Source: Acidobacteria bacterium Ga0077553 (GTDB taxonomy: Bacteria > Acidobacteriota > Terriglobia > Bryobacterales > Bryobacteraceae). Taken from it: DNA of 64,000 bases. The notes beneath the pieces are model-generated. The model was not told where the DNA came from and made no database searches. It worked only from the letters and a program-made list of their open reading frames with translations. The stretch is taken from positions 5,116-69,115 of the forward strand of contig LNFE01000138.1 of the NCBI GenBank assembly GCA_001464575.1. Direction: 5' to 3'. Below are positions 18,546-27,786 of the stretch, piece after piece (the stretch's first letter is position 1; the number at the start of each line of letters is the position of its first letter). A program made the position numbers and the translations under genes.

Positions 18546-20157
18546 ACAGCGCCGCCGCTTCGTTGACGAGAAGCGCCCGGCTGTAGACCGTCACGCCGGG
18601 CCCCGTCGGCCGAGTCGAGAAGTGCGCGAAGTCCTTCGGCAGCCGGCCCCAGCCCATCTGCCGGGTCGCCCCGCCGTCGTTAAACACGCCGTCCACCATC
18701 CACCACACAATCCCCGATCCACCGTCGATGGTCACGACCACCTGCTGCTTCCGCCCGGCCACCAAAGTCCCTTCGTGCGTCCCGGCGTCGGACTCGTGCG
18801 TGAAGCCGCCCAGCGTCAGCTTCCAGCTAAACCGATCCGAAATCGCGATCTGCAACTTCTCTCCCGTCACCGCCACCGGCCCCGGATACAGGTCGTCGAG
18901 GAAGCTCGGAAAGGCAATGCTGAAGCCCGCCGCTGTCGATACGTTCCCAGTCGTCTCCAGGCCTTTCGGCGCCGCCGGATTCCACAGCCGCTGCAGGAAC
19001 GAATCGTCAATCCGGTGGATCCGCGCGACCGTCTTCTGCGTCTCCGTGATCCAATAGTTCCCGTCCTCTTCAACGAAGTCGGGATAGCTCATCCGCGTCG
19101 GCGGGTCGTCGTCGTAAAGCAGAATCTCGGGCTCGCTCCAGTGCAGCCGCCCGTTCTTCTCCGTCCCCGCCAGTACCCAGCCGGGGTTCCGGTCGAGGTA
19201 CACGTTCCACTTCTCGCGGCTCACGGAAACCTCACCGCCGTTATTGTGGAACCACAGCAGGTAGCGCCCGTTCGCAAACCGCCGGCAGAAGCTGAACGCC
19301 CGCGGGTTCTTGATCCGCCGCCCCGCCGGGCTGTAGGTCGCATAGGCCGCCGGCGTCCAGCTCACGCCCCGGTCGGTCGAATACGCCTGGCACAGGTAGC
19401 CGTCGATGCTCCGCCAAATGCTATAGAGCGTTCCGTCGCTCAGCGCCGTCACGTTGATCTCTTCGGCAATCGGCCCCTTCGGCGCCCGCAGCCCCTCTTC
19501 GGTCTCCGGCAGTTGCCGGAAACGGACCTTCGCCGGGTCCGCTTCGGTCAGCACGTTGTCGCTCCGCAGCACGAAGCCGCGCGATCGCATCAGCACCCCC
19601 GGCAGCCCCCACTTGGTCACCCGGCCAATTCCAATGAACACCTGCCCCCGGTCCACAAGAGGCTTAGCGACGGACCAGAAGAAGATCTCCCGCCCCTCGA
19701 AATTGTTCCGCCGGTCCGCTGCGAGCATCGGCAGCGGCACGTCATAGCGCTGCGCCGACCACGTTCGTCCGCCGTCGTCCGAGTACTTGAAGACGAACTT
19801 CCCCAACGTATCCACGCGCTTCGCAATCGCCGGCGAAGCCACCTCCGGCACCACGCGGATATTGTTGACGTTGTAGGTGTAGAAGATGTAAATCCGCCCT
19901 GACGGCGTCGCCAGCGGCACCGCCCACGAAGCCTCCGGCCCCGTACCCGGCTCGACGTCAATCGGCTTGCTCCACGTCCGCCCCTGGTCCGTCGACCGCG
20001 TCACCACGACGTGTTGCCCGCCTTGGCCCTCTTCGCCCGGCCCGGTCGTAATCACGCACAGCCAAGCGCCGCCCCGCGTCTTCACCACATAGGGCTGGTC
20101 CGCATACCCTTCGTCCGGGATCACCGAACCGTTCTGTATATTCCGCCAGTCTGCCAT
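18532..20157 (-). CDS. BNR/Asp-box (sialidase-fold) beta-propeller protein with C-terminal LamG-like domain, no signal peptide
   Basis: Three SxDxGxTW boxes (STDQGRTWS, SDDGGRTWS, STDRGVSWT) and a concanavalin/LamG-like tail. The ATG overlaps the permease stop (TAATG). Confidence 0.8.
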   Translation of the reverse strand: MADWRNIQNGSVIPDEGYADQPYVVKTRGGAWLCVITTGPGEEGQGGQHVVVTRSTDQGRTWSKPIDVEPGTGPEASWAVPLATPSGRIYIFYTYNVNNIRVVPEVASPAIAKRVDTLGKFVFKYSDDGGRTWSAQRYDVPLPMLAADRRNNFEGREIFFWSVAKPLVDRGQVFIGIGRVTKWGLPGVLMRSRGFVLRSDNVLTEADPAKVRFRQLPETEEGLRAPKGPIAEEINVTALSDGTLYSIWRSIDGYLCQAYSTDRGVSWTPAAYATYSPAGRRIKNPRAFSFCRRFANGRYLLWFHNNGGEVSVSREKWNVYLDRNPGWVLAGTEKNGRLHWSEPEILLYDDDPPTRMSYPDFVEEDGNYWITETQKTVARIHRIDDSFLQRLWNPAAPKGLETTGNVSTAAGFSIAFPSFLDDLYPGPVAVTGEKLQIAISDRFSWKLTLGGFTHESDAGTHEGTLVAGRKQQVVVTIDGGSGIVWWMVDGVFNDGGATRQMGWGRLPKDFAHFSTRPTGPGVTVYSRALLVNEAAALFTSP

Positions 20158-21272
20158 TACATGACGTCCACGAAGCTCTTCCGCAGCTTCCGGAATACAG
20201 CGTATCCCAAGTAGAAGAAGAACAGCGCGTACGCCCAGATCCGGGCGACCTCCTGCCAGGCGGGGATCGTGTTTTCGAGGAACAGTTGCCGGTATCCGGT
20301 CACCAGCTTAAAGATCGTGCTCCGCTGCAGAATCGGCCACGCCCAGTCGGGCAGCGACGACTGCGGGTAGCAGATCGGCGTCAGGAAGAAAACCAGGGTG
20401 AGCAGGAACCCGTTCACCTGAATCAGGTCCCGCAGATACACGCCAATCGCCGCGAACAGCCAGGCGATACCCATCGTCAGCAGCAGCTGCGGAATCACGT
20501 ATACCGGCAGCCAGAGCGCCTCCGGCGGCAGCTTTTCGCGCACGGCCATCAGCAGAAACAGATACACGATCAGCGCGAGCCCGCTCGTACATAGCCCAGA
20601 GACGGCCAGGTTCGCCGGCAGAATCTCCACCGGGAAAACCAGCTTCTTCACAAAGTTCCGATGCTCCCAAATCACGCTCGGCGCCCGGCCCACCGCTTCG
20701 CTGAAGGCGAGCCACGGCAACATGCCGCACAGAAAATACAGCACAAACCCGGCCTGTCCGTCCGACCCCGGAAAGCGAGTCTGCAGCACGATACCGAACA
20801 CAAAGTAATAAGTCACCATCAGCAGCAGCGGGTTCAGAATCGTCCACACCATATTGCCGAACGATCCGCGATAGCGCCCGCGGATATCCCGCTCCACCAT
20901 CGCCGCAATCAGCCCGCGGTTGCGAAACAACACCTGCCAGGGCTCCACGAGCAATTGCAGCGCCTGCCGCGGCAGCGTCTGCCAGCGCAACTGGCGCATG
21001 GTCGTCGTCCGCTGCCGGATGGTTGCCTGGCCGCTCTGGACCTTCGCCTCCACCAGCAGAAACGTCTCGCCCCGCTCATATCCCCAGCCCTGCTCCGTAT
21101 CGATGGACGAGACCAGCACCCGGTACTCGCCGTCCGCCTCCGGCAGGGTAACCTGCAGTTCGCCACCGGGGCCCCATGGCCCTTCTTCAATGCAGAGCCC
21201 ACTGCCGCTATCAAAAACCTGCCACCCGGCATTCCGCCCGGTGCCTGGCTCGAAGTGGACGACCGTGGTCAC
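20157..21272 (-). CDS. ABC-2 type polysaccharide exporter permease (Wzm/KpsM/TagG-like) with ~105-aa N-terminal soluble extension
   Basis: The MVERDIRGRYRGSFGNMVWTILNPLLLMVTYYFVFG signature and six hydrophobic segments are typical of ABC-2 permeases. The GTG start overlaps the upstream stop (GTGA). Confidence 0.8.
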   Translation of the reverse strand: MTTVVHFEPGTGRNAGWQVFDSGSGLCIEEGPWGPGGELQVTLPEADGEYRVLVSSIDTEQGWGYERGETFLLVEAKVQSGQATIRQRTTTMRQLRWQTLPRQALQLLVEPWQVLFRNRGLIAAMVERDIRGRYRGSFGNMVWTILNPLLLMVTYYFVFGIVLQTRFPGSDGQAGFVLYFLCGMLPWLAFSEAVGRAPSVIWEHRNFVKKLVFPVEILPANLAVSGLCTSGLALIVYLFLLMAVREKLPPEALWLPVYVIPQLLLTMGIAWLFAAIGVYLRDLIQVNGFLLTLVFFLTPICYPQSSLPDWAWPILQRSTIFKLVTGYRQLFLENTIPAWQEVARIWAYALFFFYLGYAVFRKLRKSFVDVM

Positions 21273-23248
21273 TCCCCGCCCTCATAGAGCCACGCCGGAT
21301 ACCTTTTCCGAATCGGACCCGTCTTCCGGCCCACCGCATAAATCCCGTCGCCGCGCAGCTCCTTCGGCAGCATATACCGGTCGAGCAGATGATAGATCCA
21401 CTCGTTCTCCGGTCGCGGAATCTCGCGGAATTCGCCCGTTTCGAGCAACGCCACCGCAAAGCCGCTATCGAGCAACAGGTGGTAGATCTCCTTGGCCGTA
21501 TACTCCCGCGCGTGCCGCGCCTCCACCTCTTCGCCCGGCTTCGACGGCTTGATATACGCCGGGAAGAATCCCGGATGGTAGCCATCCAAAATCGCCCGCA
21601 GCGCCCGCAGGCTCGCAATATTCGGCGTGGTCAACACCAAGTGGCCGCCCGGCTTAAGTATCCGGTTCACCTCGGCCATCATGTGCATCGGGTCGCTCGG
21701 CAGATGCTCGATCAACTCGCAGCAGAGCACCGTTGAAAAATGCTCGTCCGGGTAGGGAAACGTGTCTTTCTCGGCGTCGAACAGGTCCACTTCGCAAGAG
21801 AAGGTTTCCCCGGTCGAAGACGTCACCGACCGCTGGTCCACCTGGCCTGCCGGGCCGTAGTAGCAGCCGCGGACATAGCCGTAACCCAGCTTACTCTTGA
21901 GCGATGGGGTGATCTGTAAGTACGCCCCCATCTCGAGAATCCGGTCGCTCTCCGTCCCCGGCGGGGTAATCGCCAGCGTCTTCTCAAACCGCGTCAGGTG
22001 AATCTCGCCGTACTGCTTGGCCTCTTCGGTCTCCGCCATCCAGGATTGGATGTACTCCGGCTCCACCACCACCGCCGGTGCCTCCACGTTCGGCTCTTCG
22101 ACAGCCGCCGCCACCACCGGCGGCGCCCACGGCCGGCCTTCTGCCACGGCCGCCAGGAACTCGGCGTACTGCCGCGCGCACAGGTCCCAGTTGCACTCTT
22201 TCTCCACCCACGCCCGCGCCCGCGCGCCCATCTCCCGCGCCAACTCCGGCCGGCTCACCAGCAGATTCAGATACTCGTAAATCGTATCTTCCTCGGTCGC
22301 ATCCACCGGCACCTTCAGGCAGATCGCATCCGGGAACTCGGCGAAGCTGCCAATGTTACTCACGACGACCGCCCGCCCCATGCCCAGGCTCCGCAGCAGC
22401 GTACCGGAACTCTCGCCCACGGTGGGGAAGCGCAAATTCAGAATTACGTCGCAGGCCGCAATGTAGCCGTTAAAGTCTTCAATCGGCGTAAAGCCCAGCA
22501 TCCGCACGTGTTCGTCGAGCCCCATGCCCCGGATGAGCGACGCCAACGGAAAGTCCGGATGCGGCTCACCCACCAGCACCATCCGCGCATCGGGTCGCAC
22601 CCGGATCAGCCGCTTGAACGCCCGCAACGACTCCGCAATCCGCTTGTACGGTTTCAGAAATCCGAAGACCCCGATCAACGGAGTCGATTCGTTCAGCCCC
22701 AGCCGCGCCCGAAAGCCCATCCGGTCGCCCATCTCCGGCAGCCAGGCCCCGTGCGGAATCTTCGCGAGCGGCCCCGTAAAGCCCGCCGCGCGTACGTCGT
22801 TCGCCACGGCCTCACTATGAACAACCACGCCGCGGCTCGCGCCCAGAATGCGCTTCAGCATCGGCACACCTTCGTAGTCCGGGCCCACCTCCAACCGCCG
22901 CACCCGCTCGGCAAACGCGAGCGCCGCCGGGCCTCCGTCGAATTCGCACTCCCGCACGTACCCGTCCCAATCCTGCCGGCAGATCGTCAGGTCAGTAATC
23001 AGATGGTGCAGGTTCGACTCGTGCAGCACCACCACGCCCGGCCGCCGCAGCGCCTCTTCATATACGTAGGCATGGAAGCCGTTATTGCCGATTTGATAAA
23101 GGCCCAAGCCGTCGGCCGGACCCGGTTTATCCAACACGGTCAGGTCAACGTATTTCGCCAGCGGCTCCACCAGCGCGGCCGAATAGTCAGCGATGCCGCT
23201 CTTGGCCGGCGGCATCGGAGAGAAGAAAGCAACCTTCAACGAACCCAT
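21269..23248 (-). CDS. GT4-family glycosyltransferase fused to a C-terminal class I SAM-dependent methyltransferase
   Basis: The N-terminal half is GT-B/GT4-like (VGESSGTLLRSLGMGRAVVVS). The C-terminal half has methyltransferase motifs (RILEMGAY..., ILKPGGHLVLTTPN). Confidence 0.8.
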   Translation of the reverse strand: MGSLKVAFFSPMPPAKSGIADYSAALVEPLAKYVDLTVLDKPGPADGLGLYQIGNNGFHAYVYEEALRRPGVVVLHESNLHHLITDLTICRQDWDGYVRECEFDGGPAALAFAERVRRLEVGPDYEGVPMLKRILGASRGVVVHSEAVANDVRAAGFTGPLAKIPHGAWLPEMGDRMGFRARLGLNESTPLIGVFGFLKPYKRIAESLRAFKRLIRVRPDARMVLVGEPHPDFPLASLIRGMGLDEHVRMLGFTPIEDFNGYIAACDVILNLRFPTVGESSGTLLRSLGMGRAVVVSNIGSFAEFPDAICLKVPVDATEEDTIYEYLNLLVSRPELAREMGARARAWVEKECNWDLCARQYAEFLAAVAEGRPWAPPVVAAAVEEPNVEAPAVVVEPEYIQSWMAETEEAKQYGEIHLTRFEKTLAITPPGTESDRILEMGAYLQITPSLKSKLGYGYVRGCYYGPAGQVDQRSVTSSTGETFSCEVDLFDAEKDTFPYPDEHFSTVLCCELIEHLPSDPMHMMAEVNRILKPGGHLVLTTPNIASLRALRAILDGYHPGFFPAYIKPSKPGEEVEARHAREYTAKEIYHLLLDSGFAVALLETGEFREIPRPENEWIYHLLDRYMLPKELRGDGIYAVGRKTGPIRKRYPAWLYEGGE

Positions 23249-23898
23249 TCCAATGCAAAGCTTCCCATGACGAACGGTACTTTCACCAGCGCCAACGTCC
23301 GCGCCTCGTCCTTTGCGAAGTAGAGATCAAACTCCCACCGCGACTTCGGACCCACTAGGATGGCCTTGAAGTGGTCCGTGTCGGTGGGCACCTCGGCCAC
23401 CGTCACGCGCTCGGCGCCGACGCGGTTCAGCCGGATGTCGTACGCCGCGCCAAAGAAGATCCGCTGCGGCCCCGGTGCCCGGCCCGCGGCCAGCTCCTGC
23501 CGGACGAAGAACAGATACGCCAACGCATCGTGGGCGCAGGCCGGTACGGCGAACTCCGTCTTGCCACCCCCCGCCTCGGTCGTCCGCGTGGCCATGGTCC
23601 CGGCGAACTTGGTCGTCTCCTGCCGCTTCCGCGCTCCATGCTCGGAGTCCTTTCGAAACTCGACCGAACAGAGCGCTTCGGTCGCCGTACTCCGAAACGT
23701 ATCGACCACCTTGAATCCGGGAATCGCCGCCTCCAGCGTGAGCGCAAACTTCCACTGCCCGCTGTCCTTCTTCGCGGTAATCTGCCCTTCGCCCAGACCC
23801 AGGCCGCTCGGCCAACTGATCTGGTAGCGCGTTGCTTCTTCCCAGCCCCCGGCGGCCCAAGCCGTCGCCGCGGTCAACAACAACATCCAGCTACGCAT
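23236..23898 (-). CDS. secreted beta-rich protein, DUF3108-like
   Basis: Signal peptide MRSWMLLLTAATAWAAG. The alternating beta pattern resembles DUF3108; this assignment is from memory and tentative. Confidence 0.55.
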   Translation of the reverse strand: MRSWMLLLTAATAWAAGGWEEATRYQISWPSGLGLGEGQITAKKDSGQWKFALTLEAAIPGFKVVDTFRSTATEALCSVEFRKDSEHGARKRQETTKFAGTMATRTTEAGGGKTEFAVPACAHDALAYLFFVRQELAAGRAPGPQRIFFGAAYDIRLNRVGAERVTVAEVPTDTDHFKAILVGPKSRWEFDLYFAKDEARTLALVKVPFVMGSFALEWVR

Positions 23899-25030
23899 GA
23901 TGGCTAACCGGCGCCCGGCGTTTCGCTTGTTCGACCACGCTTTGGTAGATGTCCAGCGTCTGCCGGGCCGTCTGCCGCCACGTGTACCGGGCGGCGTTGT
24001 CCCGCCCCCGGCGGCCCATCTCGGTCCGGTAATCTTTGTCGAGCAACAGGTCCCGCATCGCCATCACCATCTCGCGCGTCGAGTAGGGGTTAAACAACTG
24101 CGCCGCTTCCCCCGCCACTTCCTTCATGGCAGACGTATTGGCGCAAGCCACGGGTACGCCGCAGGCCATCGCTTCGAGAATCGGAATTCCGAAGCCTTCA
24201 TAGAACGACGGAAACACGAACAGGTCGCTCGCGTTGTAAAGCTGCAGCAGCTCCTCATCGTTTACGTAGCCCGTAAAATGGATCCGGTTGCCGAACGGCG
24301 ATTCCTCGGCAATCTGGTGAACGCGCGGCGCAAACCACGTATCCTTGCCGACAAAGACAAGCTTGTGCGGCAGTTGCGGAAAGTTCGCCACCAACTCTTC
24401 AAACGCTCGAATCAGTCCGATCGGGTTCTTGCGCGGCTGCAGATCCCCCACGCAAAGGATAAACGGCGACCGGATGGAAAACCGGCCGTCCACGAATGCC
24501 TGGGCCTGCGCGCGCGGTTGCGGGCGGAAGATCTCCGAACAGGCCGCCGGTACGACGGCGATCTTCTCGGGGTCCATCCCATACGCTCGCGCGATGCCCG
24601 TGCGCGAAAACTCGCTGAGCGTCACCACCTTCGCCGCTTGGCGCACCGTGCGTTCCACGGTCCAGCGAAGTTGAACGCGGCGGGCCCGCGGGAAGAACTC
24701 CGGATGTTCGAGATAGCTGACGTCGTGGACGCTCACCACCACCGGCACCGGGCAGAACAGCGGTGCCGTGTACTGAACATGAATCATATCCGGCTGATCC
24801 CGTCGCAGGCCCATGGCGAGATCGAAGCCTAGCCGCCGAAAGGGGTTATTGCTCACCCACCGTTTAGCGAACCGTTTCGGCACCAACTCGTCCGCTCCTG
24901 GAACGGAGAGGTAGGCGAGAAACTGGTCGTCCCGGTCAAGCCCGTCATATTGTTCGAGCAGATTGCGGACATAAACTTCGTTCCCGGTCAGGTGCCGCCC
25001 AATGGCGTGGGCATCAATGCCGAAGCGCAT
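23891..25030 (-). CDS. GT4-family glycosyltransferase
   Basis: MRFGIDAHAIGRHLTGNEVY N-terminus and the EGFGIPILEAMACGVPV motif. Confidence 0.85.
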   Translation of the reverse strand: MRFGIDAHAIGRHLTGNEVYVRNLLEQYDGLDRDDQFLAYLSVPGADELVPKRFAKRWVSNNPFRRLGFDLAMGLRRDQPDMIHVQYTAPLFCPVPVVVSVHDVSYLEHPEFFPRARRVQLRWTVERTVRQAAKVVTLSEFSRTGIARAYGMDPEKIAVVPAACSEIFRPQPRAQAQAFVDGRFSIRSPFILCVGDLQPRKNPIGLIRAFEELVANFPQLPHKLVFVGKDTWFAPRVHQIAEESPFGNRIHFTGYVNDEELLQLYNASDLFVFPSFYEGFGIPILEAMACGVPVACANTSAMKEVAGEAAQLFNPYSTREMVMAMRDLLLDKDYRTEMGRRGRDNAARYTWRQTARQTLDIYQSVVEQAKRRAPVSHHA

Positions 25031-25073
25031 GCTGGTTCATCCAGTATAAGTTCATTTCCCTGAATCGCTTGCC

Positions 25074-26291
25074 TTAATCACCTAGGATCCGCGATTTGTC
25101 GAGCTGCTGCCAGGCCGCCGAGCGGTGAAAGGTCTCCTCATACAATAGCCTGCCCGACGTCCGAAGTCTGGTGGACAAAGTTTCATCTTGTAACACGCGG
25201 CGGATGGCGGCGAGGAAGTCGGCCGTCGAATCGGCCAGCAGGTAGTGCTCCCCATCCCGTCCGGGGAGCCCTTCGGCACCGATTCGCGTTGAAACCACCG
25301 GCGTCCCTGCCGCCCACGCTTCAAGAATCTTGACCCGCGTGCCGCTGCCCGCCAGCAGAGGGACTACCGCCACCGCGCCCCGCGCGATCTCGGCGAAGGC
25401 GTCCTCCACCGCACCCGTCATCTCCACCCGGTCCAAGCCGGAGACAGAGCCCATCACCGCCTCCGGATTCATTCCCACCAGCCGCCAGCGCAAGTTGGGT
25501 TCACTCTTCTGCAGGGCCGGCCACATCGCCCGCGCGAACCAAGCCACCGCTTGCTGATTCGGGTGGTACTCCAGATTGCCCGAGAACACGACGATCCGCT
25601 CCCGGCCGGCTTCCGGTAAAGGCCGCCAGGGAATCGTGTTCGGATACACCGTCACCGCTAATCCCGGCGCCAGGGTGGTCACCCGCTCAGCATCCCGTTC
25701 GGAAGTCACCAGGGCGCTCGAGTAGCGGGGCAAGAACTGGCGTTCCAGTTGTTCGGAAAGCCGGGCGAAGCGCTGATGCGCCATTCGTCCCGGCCAGGGC
25801 TCCGCCCGGAGGTCGCAGATCACGCGGTCGGCAAAGCCTTGGAGCAAATCGACATAAGGCCCGAGCCAGAAATGCTCGACAAAGATCACGTCGTAACGCT
25901 GTCCCTGCAGCGCGGCGGCGATTTGCGATTCGAACCCAGCCAGCCGGTCTATGAGCGGCGGGACCCCCCGGACGAACCGCCCGGCGTTGCGGAGGACCCG
26001 CGACGGCAGCGAACGGCCATTGGCGGGCAGAGCGATGTGCCAGTGCCGCTCGACGGCCCCGGGCGGCGGAGTGCAAGGAGCGAACGAGAGCAGGTCGACC
26101 GAGGCTTCGCGTTGCGAAGCGTATTCCATGAGCGAGGCGATTCGCTGAGCGCCACCGCCGAGGACGGGAAACGGCGATTCCGGGGTGAGAAAAAGGACGC
26201 GACGCTGCAATCTTCTATTGTGCCCTTTCAAGGATTTGCGCGGTATGCCGACGGCCGTGCGCAGCGAGAAAAAGCAGCCACTGGTAGCCAT
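25074..26291 (-). CDS. GT4-family glycosyltransferase
   Basis: GT-B fold motifs (GSGTRVKILEAWAAGTPVVST). The ATG at 26291 overlaps the DinB gene by 77 nt. An in-frame TTG at 26210 (just before VLFLTPESP) is a more likely start. Confidence 0.75.
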   Translation of the reverse strand: MATSGCFFSLRTAVGIPRKSLKGHNRRLQRRVLFLTPESPFPVLGGGAQRIASLMEYASQREASVDLLSFAPCTPPPGAVERHWHIALPANGRSLPSRVLRNAGRFVRGVPPLIDRLAGFESQIAAALQGQRYDVIFVEHFWLGPYVDLLQGFADRVICDLRAEPWPGRMAHQRFARLSEQLERQFLPRYSSALVTSERDAERVTTLAPGLAVTVYPNTIPWRPLPEAGRERIVVFSGNLEYHPNQQAVAWFARAMWPALQKSEPNLRWRLVGMNPEAVMGSVSGLDRVEMTGAVEDAFAEIARGAVAVVPLLAGSGTRVKILEAWAAGTPVVSTRIGAEGLPGRDGEHYLLADSTADFLAAIRRVLQDETLSTRLRTSGRLLYEETFHRSAAWQQLDKSRILGD

Positions 26292-26718
26292 CGAACATGC
26301 CGATCATGGGGTGGGGACAACGTCCTTGGCGCAGCGGAGTTTCGGTCCCTGCTATCCACGCGTAAATCGTCTCTCGAAGAGCTCCGTACGCCGTCCAGAA
26401 CTCCTGCTCCGTGCGCCAACGCCCTTCCGGCAACAACGCCTCGGGGGACTGCGCGCGCCGGCCACGCCGGGAGACCCGGGTAAACAGTTCCTCGTCGGAC
26501 AGCACCGGTGGGGTTGGATCGTCCAGGCGCAACGCCGGGCTCTGCAGGAGCCCGAAAACGCGGCGATCGGTCTTCTCCAAGTGCTCCGCGATGGCCGCGA
26601 TGGACCATTCGCCCTCCGGGGCCGGTTGGTCCCACGGTTGGCAAGCTTCGCGCAGGGCTTCCTCCTGGGCGCGGAGTGCTTCCAGTAAGGAGGTCCGTTC
26701 GCGGTCGGTTAAGGACAT
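26215..26718 (-). CDS. DinB-family (four-helix bundle, metal-binding) protein
   Basis: EWSIAAIAEHL ... FLAAHGRRHTAQI His-containing motifs are typical of the DinB_2 family. Confidence 0.7.
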   Translation of the reverse strand: MSLTDRERTSLLEALRAQEEALREACQPWDQPAPEGEWSIAAIAEHLEKTDRRVFGLLQSPALRLDDPTPPVLSDEELFTRVSRRGRRAQSPEALLPEGRWRTEQEFWTAYGALRETIYAWIAGTETPLRQGRCPHPMIGMFDGYQWLLFLAAHGRRHTAQILERAQ

Positions 26719-26727
26719 AGTTCCAGC

Positions 26728-27783
26728 CTACCCCCGCCGGGCGGCTTCTTCATAAACGGCATGGGTCTCCCGCGCCGTTCGTTTCCAACTGAACGCGGCG
26801 GCGCGCCGCAGCCCAGCCTCCCGCCATGCCGCCACCTGCTCCGGATCGGTGACGCAGGCGGACATCCCGTCTACCCAGGCCCGGACGTCGGTGGCTTCGC
26901 CTTGCCACGCCGCGCCGCCGGCCACTTCCGTCACGGCGGGGTCACGCGAGGTCAGCACCGCGGCACCGGACTGCATCGCTTCGAGGATCGGCAACCCAAA
27001 TCCTTCATACAGGGTCGGGTAGACCACCGCCAAGGCATTCGCATAGAGCGAGGGCAGTTCGGCCTCCGCCACAGGCCCGAGCAGCCGGAGACCCTCCACC
27101 TCGGCGAACACCGGCCCATCCTCACGGCGGCGGCCAGCCAGCACCAGCGGAATCCGATGGCGCCGCCAGACCTCGCGCCAGGCCTCCACCAGAAACGGCA
27201 AGTTCTTGCGCGGTTCGAGCGTCCCGACGTAGAGGAAATACGGCTCCACGGCGGGGTCGCGGGGGCGCGACGCGAACCGCGCATCGGCCGCCAACGGCAC
27301 GGCCACCACACGGTCGGGGCAGAGCGAAAAGCGATCGATGGCCTCCCGGCGGATCGCCTCACTCAACGTCAGCACCATCGACGCCCGGCCCAGGCGCAGT
27401 AGCCACGGCGTCCGCTGCCGGACGCGATCAGCCCCCACGTGCCAACCCGCATCCCGCCAAGGCGACAGATCGTGGAGCGAGAGCACACTGGGGCAAGCGC
27501 GGAGGTAGGGAACCGAAAAGTCGGTGCCGTGGAAGACGTCCATGCGGAGCTGCCGCAGCGTGCGAGGCAGCCCGAGCAGCCACCATTTCGACGAAAACGA
27601 ACCTGGCGCCGGGGTCGTCCAATGCGGCGGCCACTCCGGTCGCCGAGGTACCGGTTGGTCGCTGAGGAACTGGTACCGATCATCTGGAAACTCCGCTTCG
27701 AGCGCACGCCGCAACTCGACGAGATAACGGGTGACGCCGCCCGTCGGCACGGTCAGCGGCGTCGCATCCAAGGCCACCTGCAT
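26728..27783 (-). CDS. GT4-family glycosyltransferase
   Basis: MQVALDATPLTVPTGGVTRY N-terminus and the EGFGLPILEAMQSGAAVL motif. Confidence 0.85.
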   Translation of the reverse strand: MQVALDATPLTVPTGGVTRYLVELRRALEAEFPDDRYQFLSDQPVPRRPEWPPHWTTPAPGSFSSKWWLLGLPRTLRQLRMDVFHGTDFSVPYLRACPSVLSLHDLSPWRDAGWHVGADRVRQRTPWLLRLGRASMVLTLSEAIRREAIDRFSLCPDRVVAVPLAADARFASRPRDPAVEPYFLYVGTLEPRKNLPFLVEAWREVWRRHRIPLVLAGRRREDGPVFAEVEGLRLLGPVAEAELPSLYANALAVVYPTLYEGFGLPILEAMQSGAAVLTSRDPAVTEVAGGAAWQGEATDVRAWVDGMSACVTDPEQVAAWREAGLRRAAAFSWKRTARETHAVYEEAARRG

Positions 27784-27786
27784 TCG

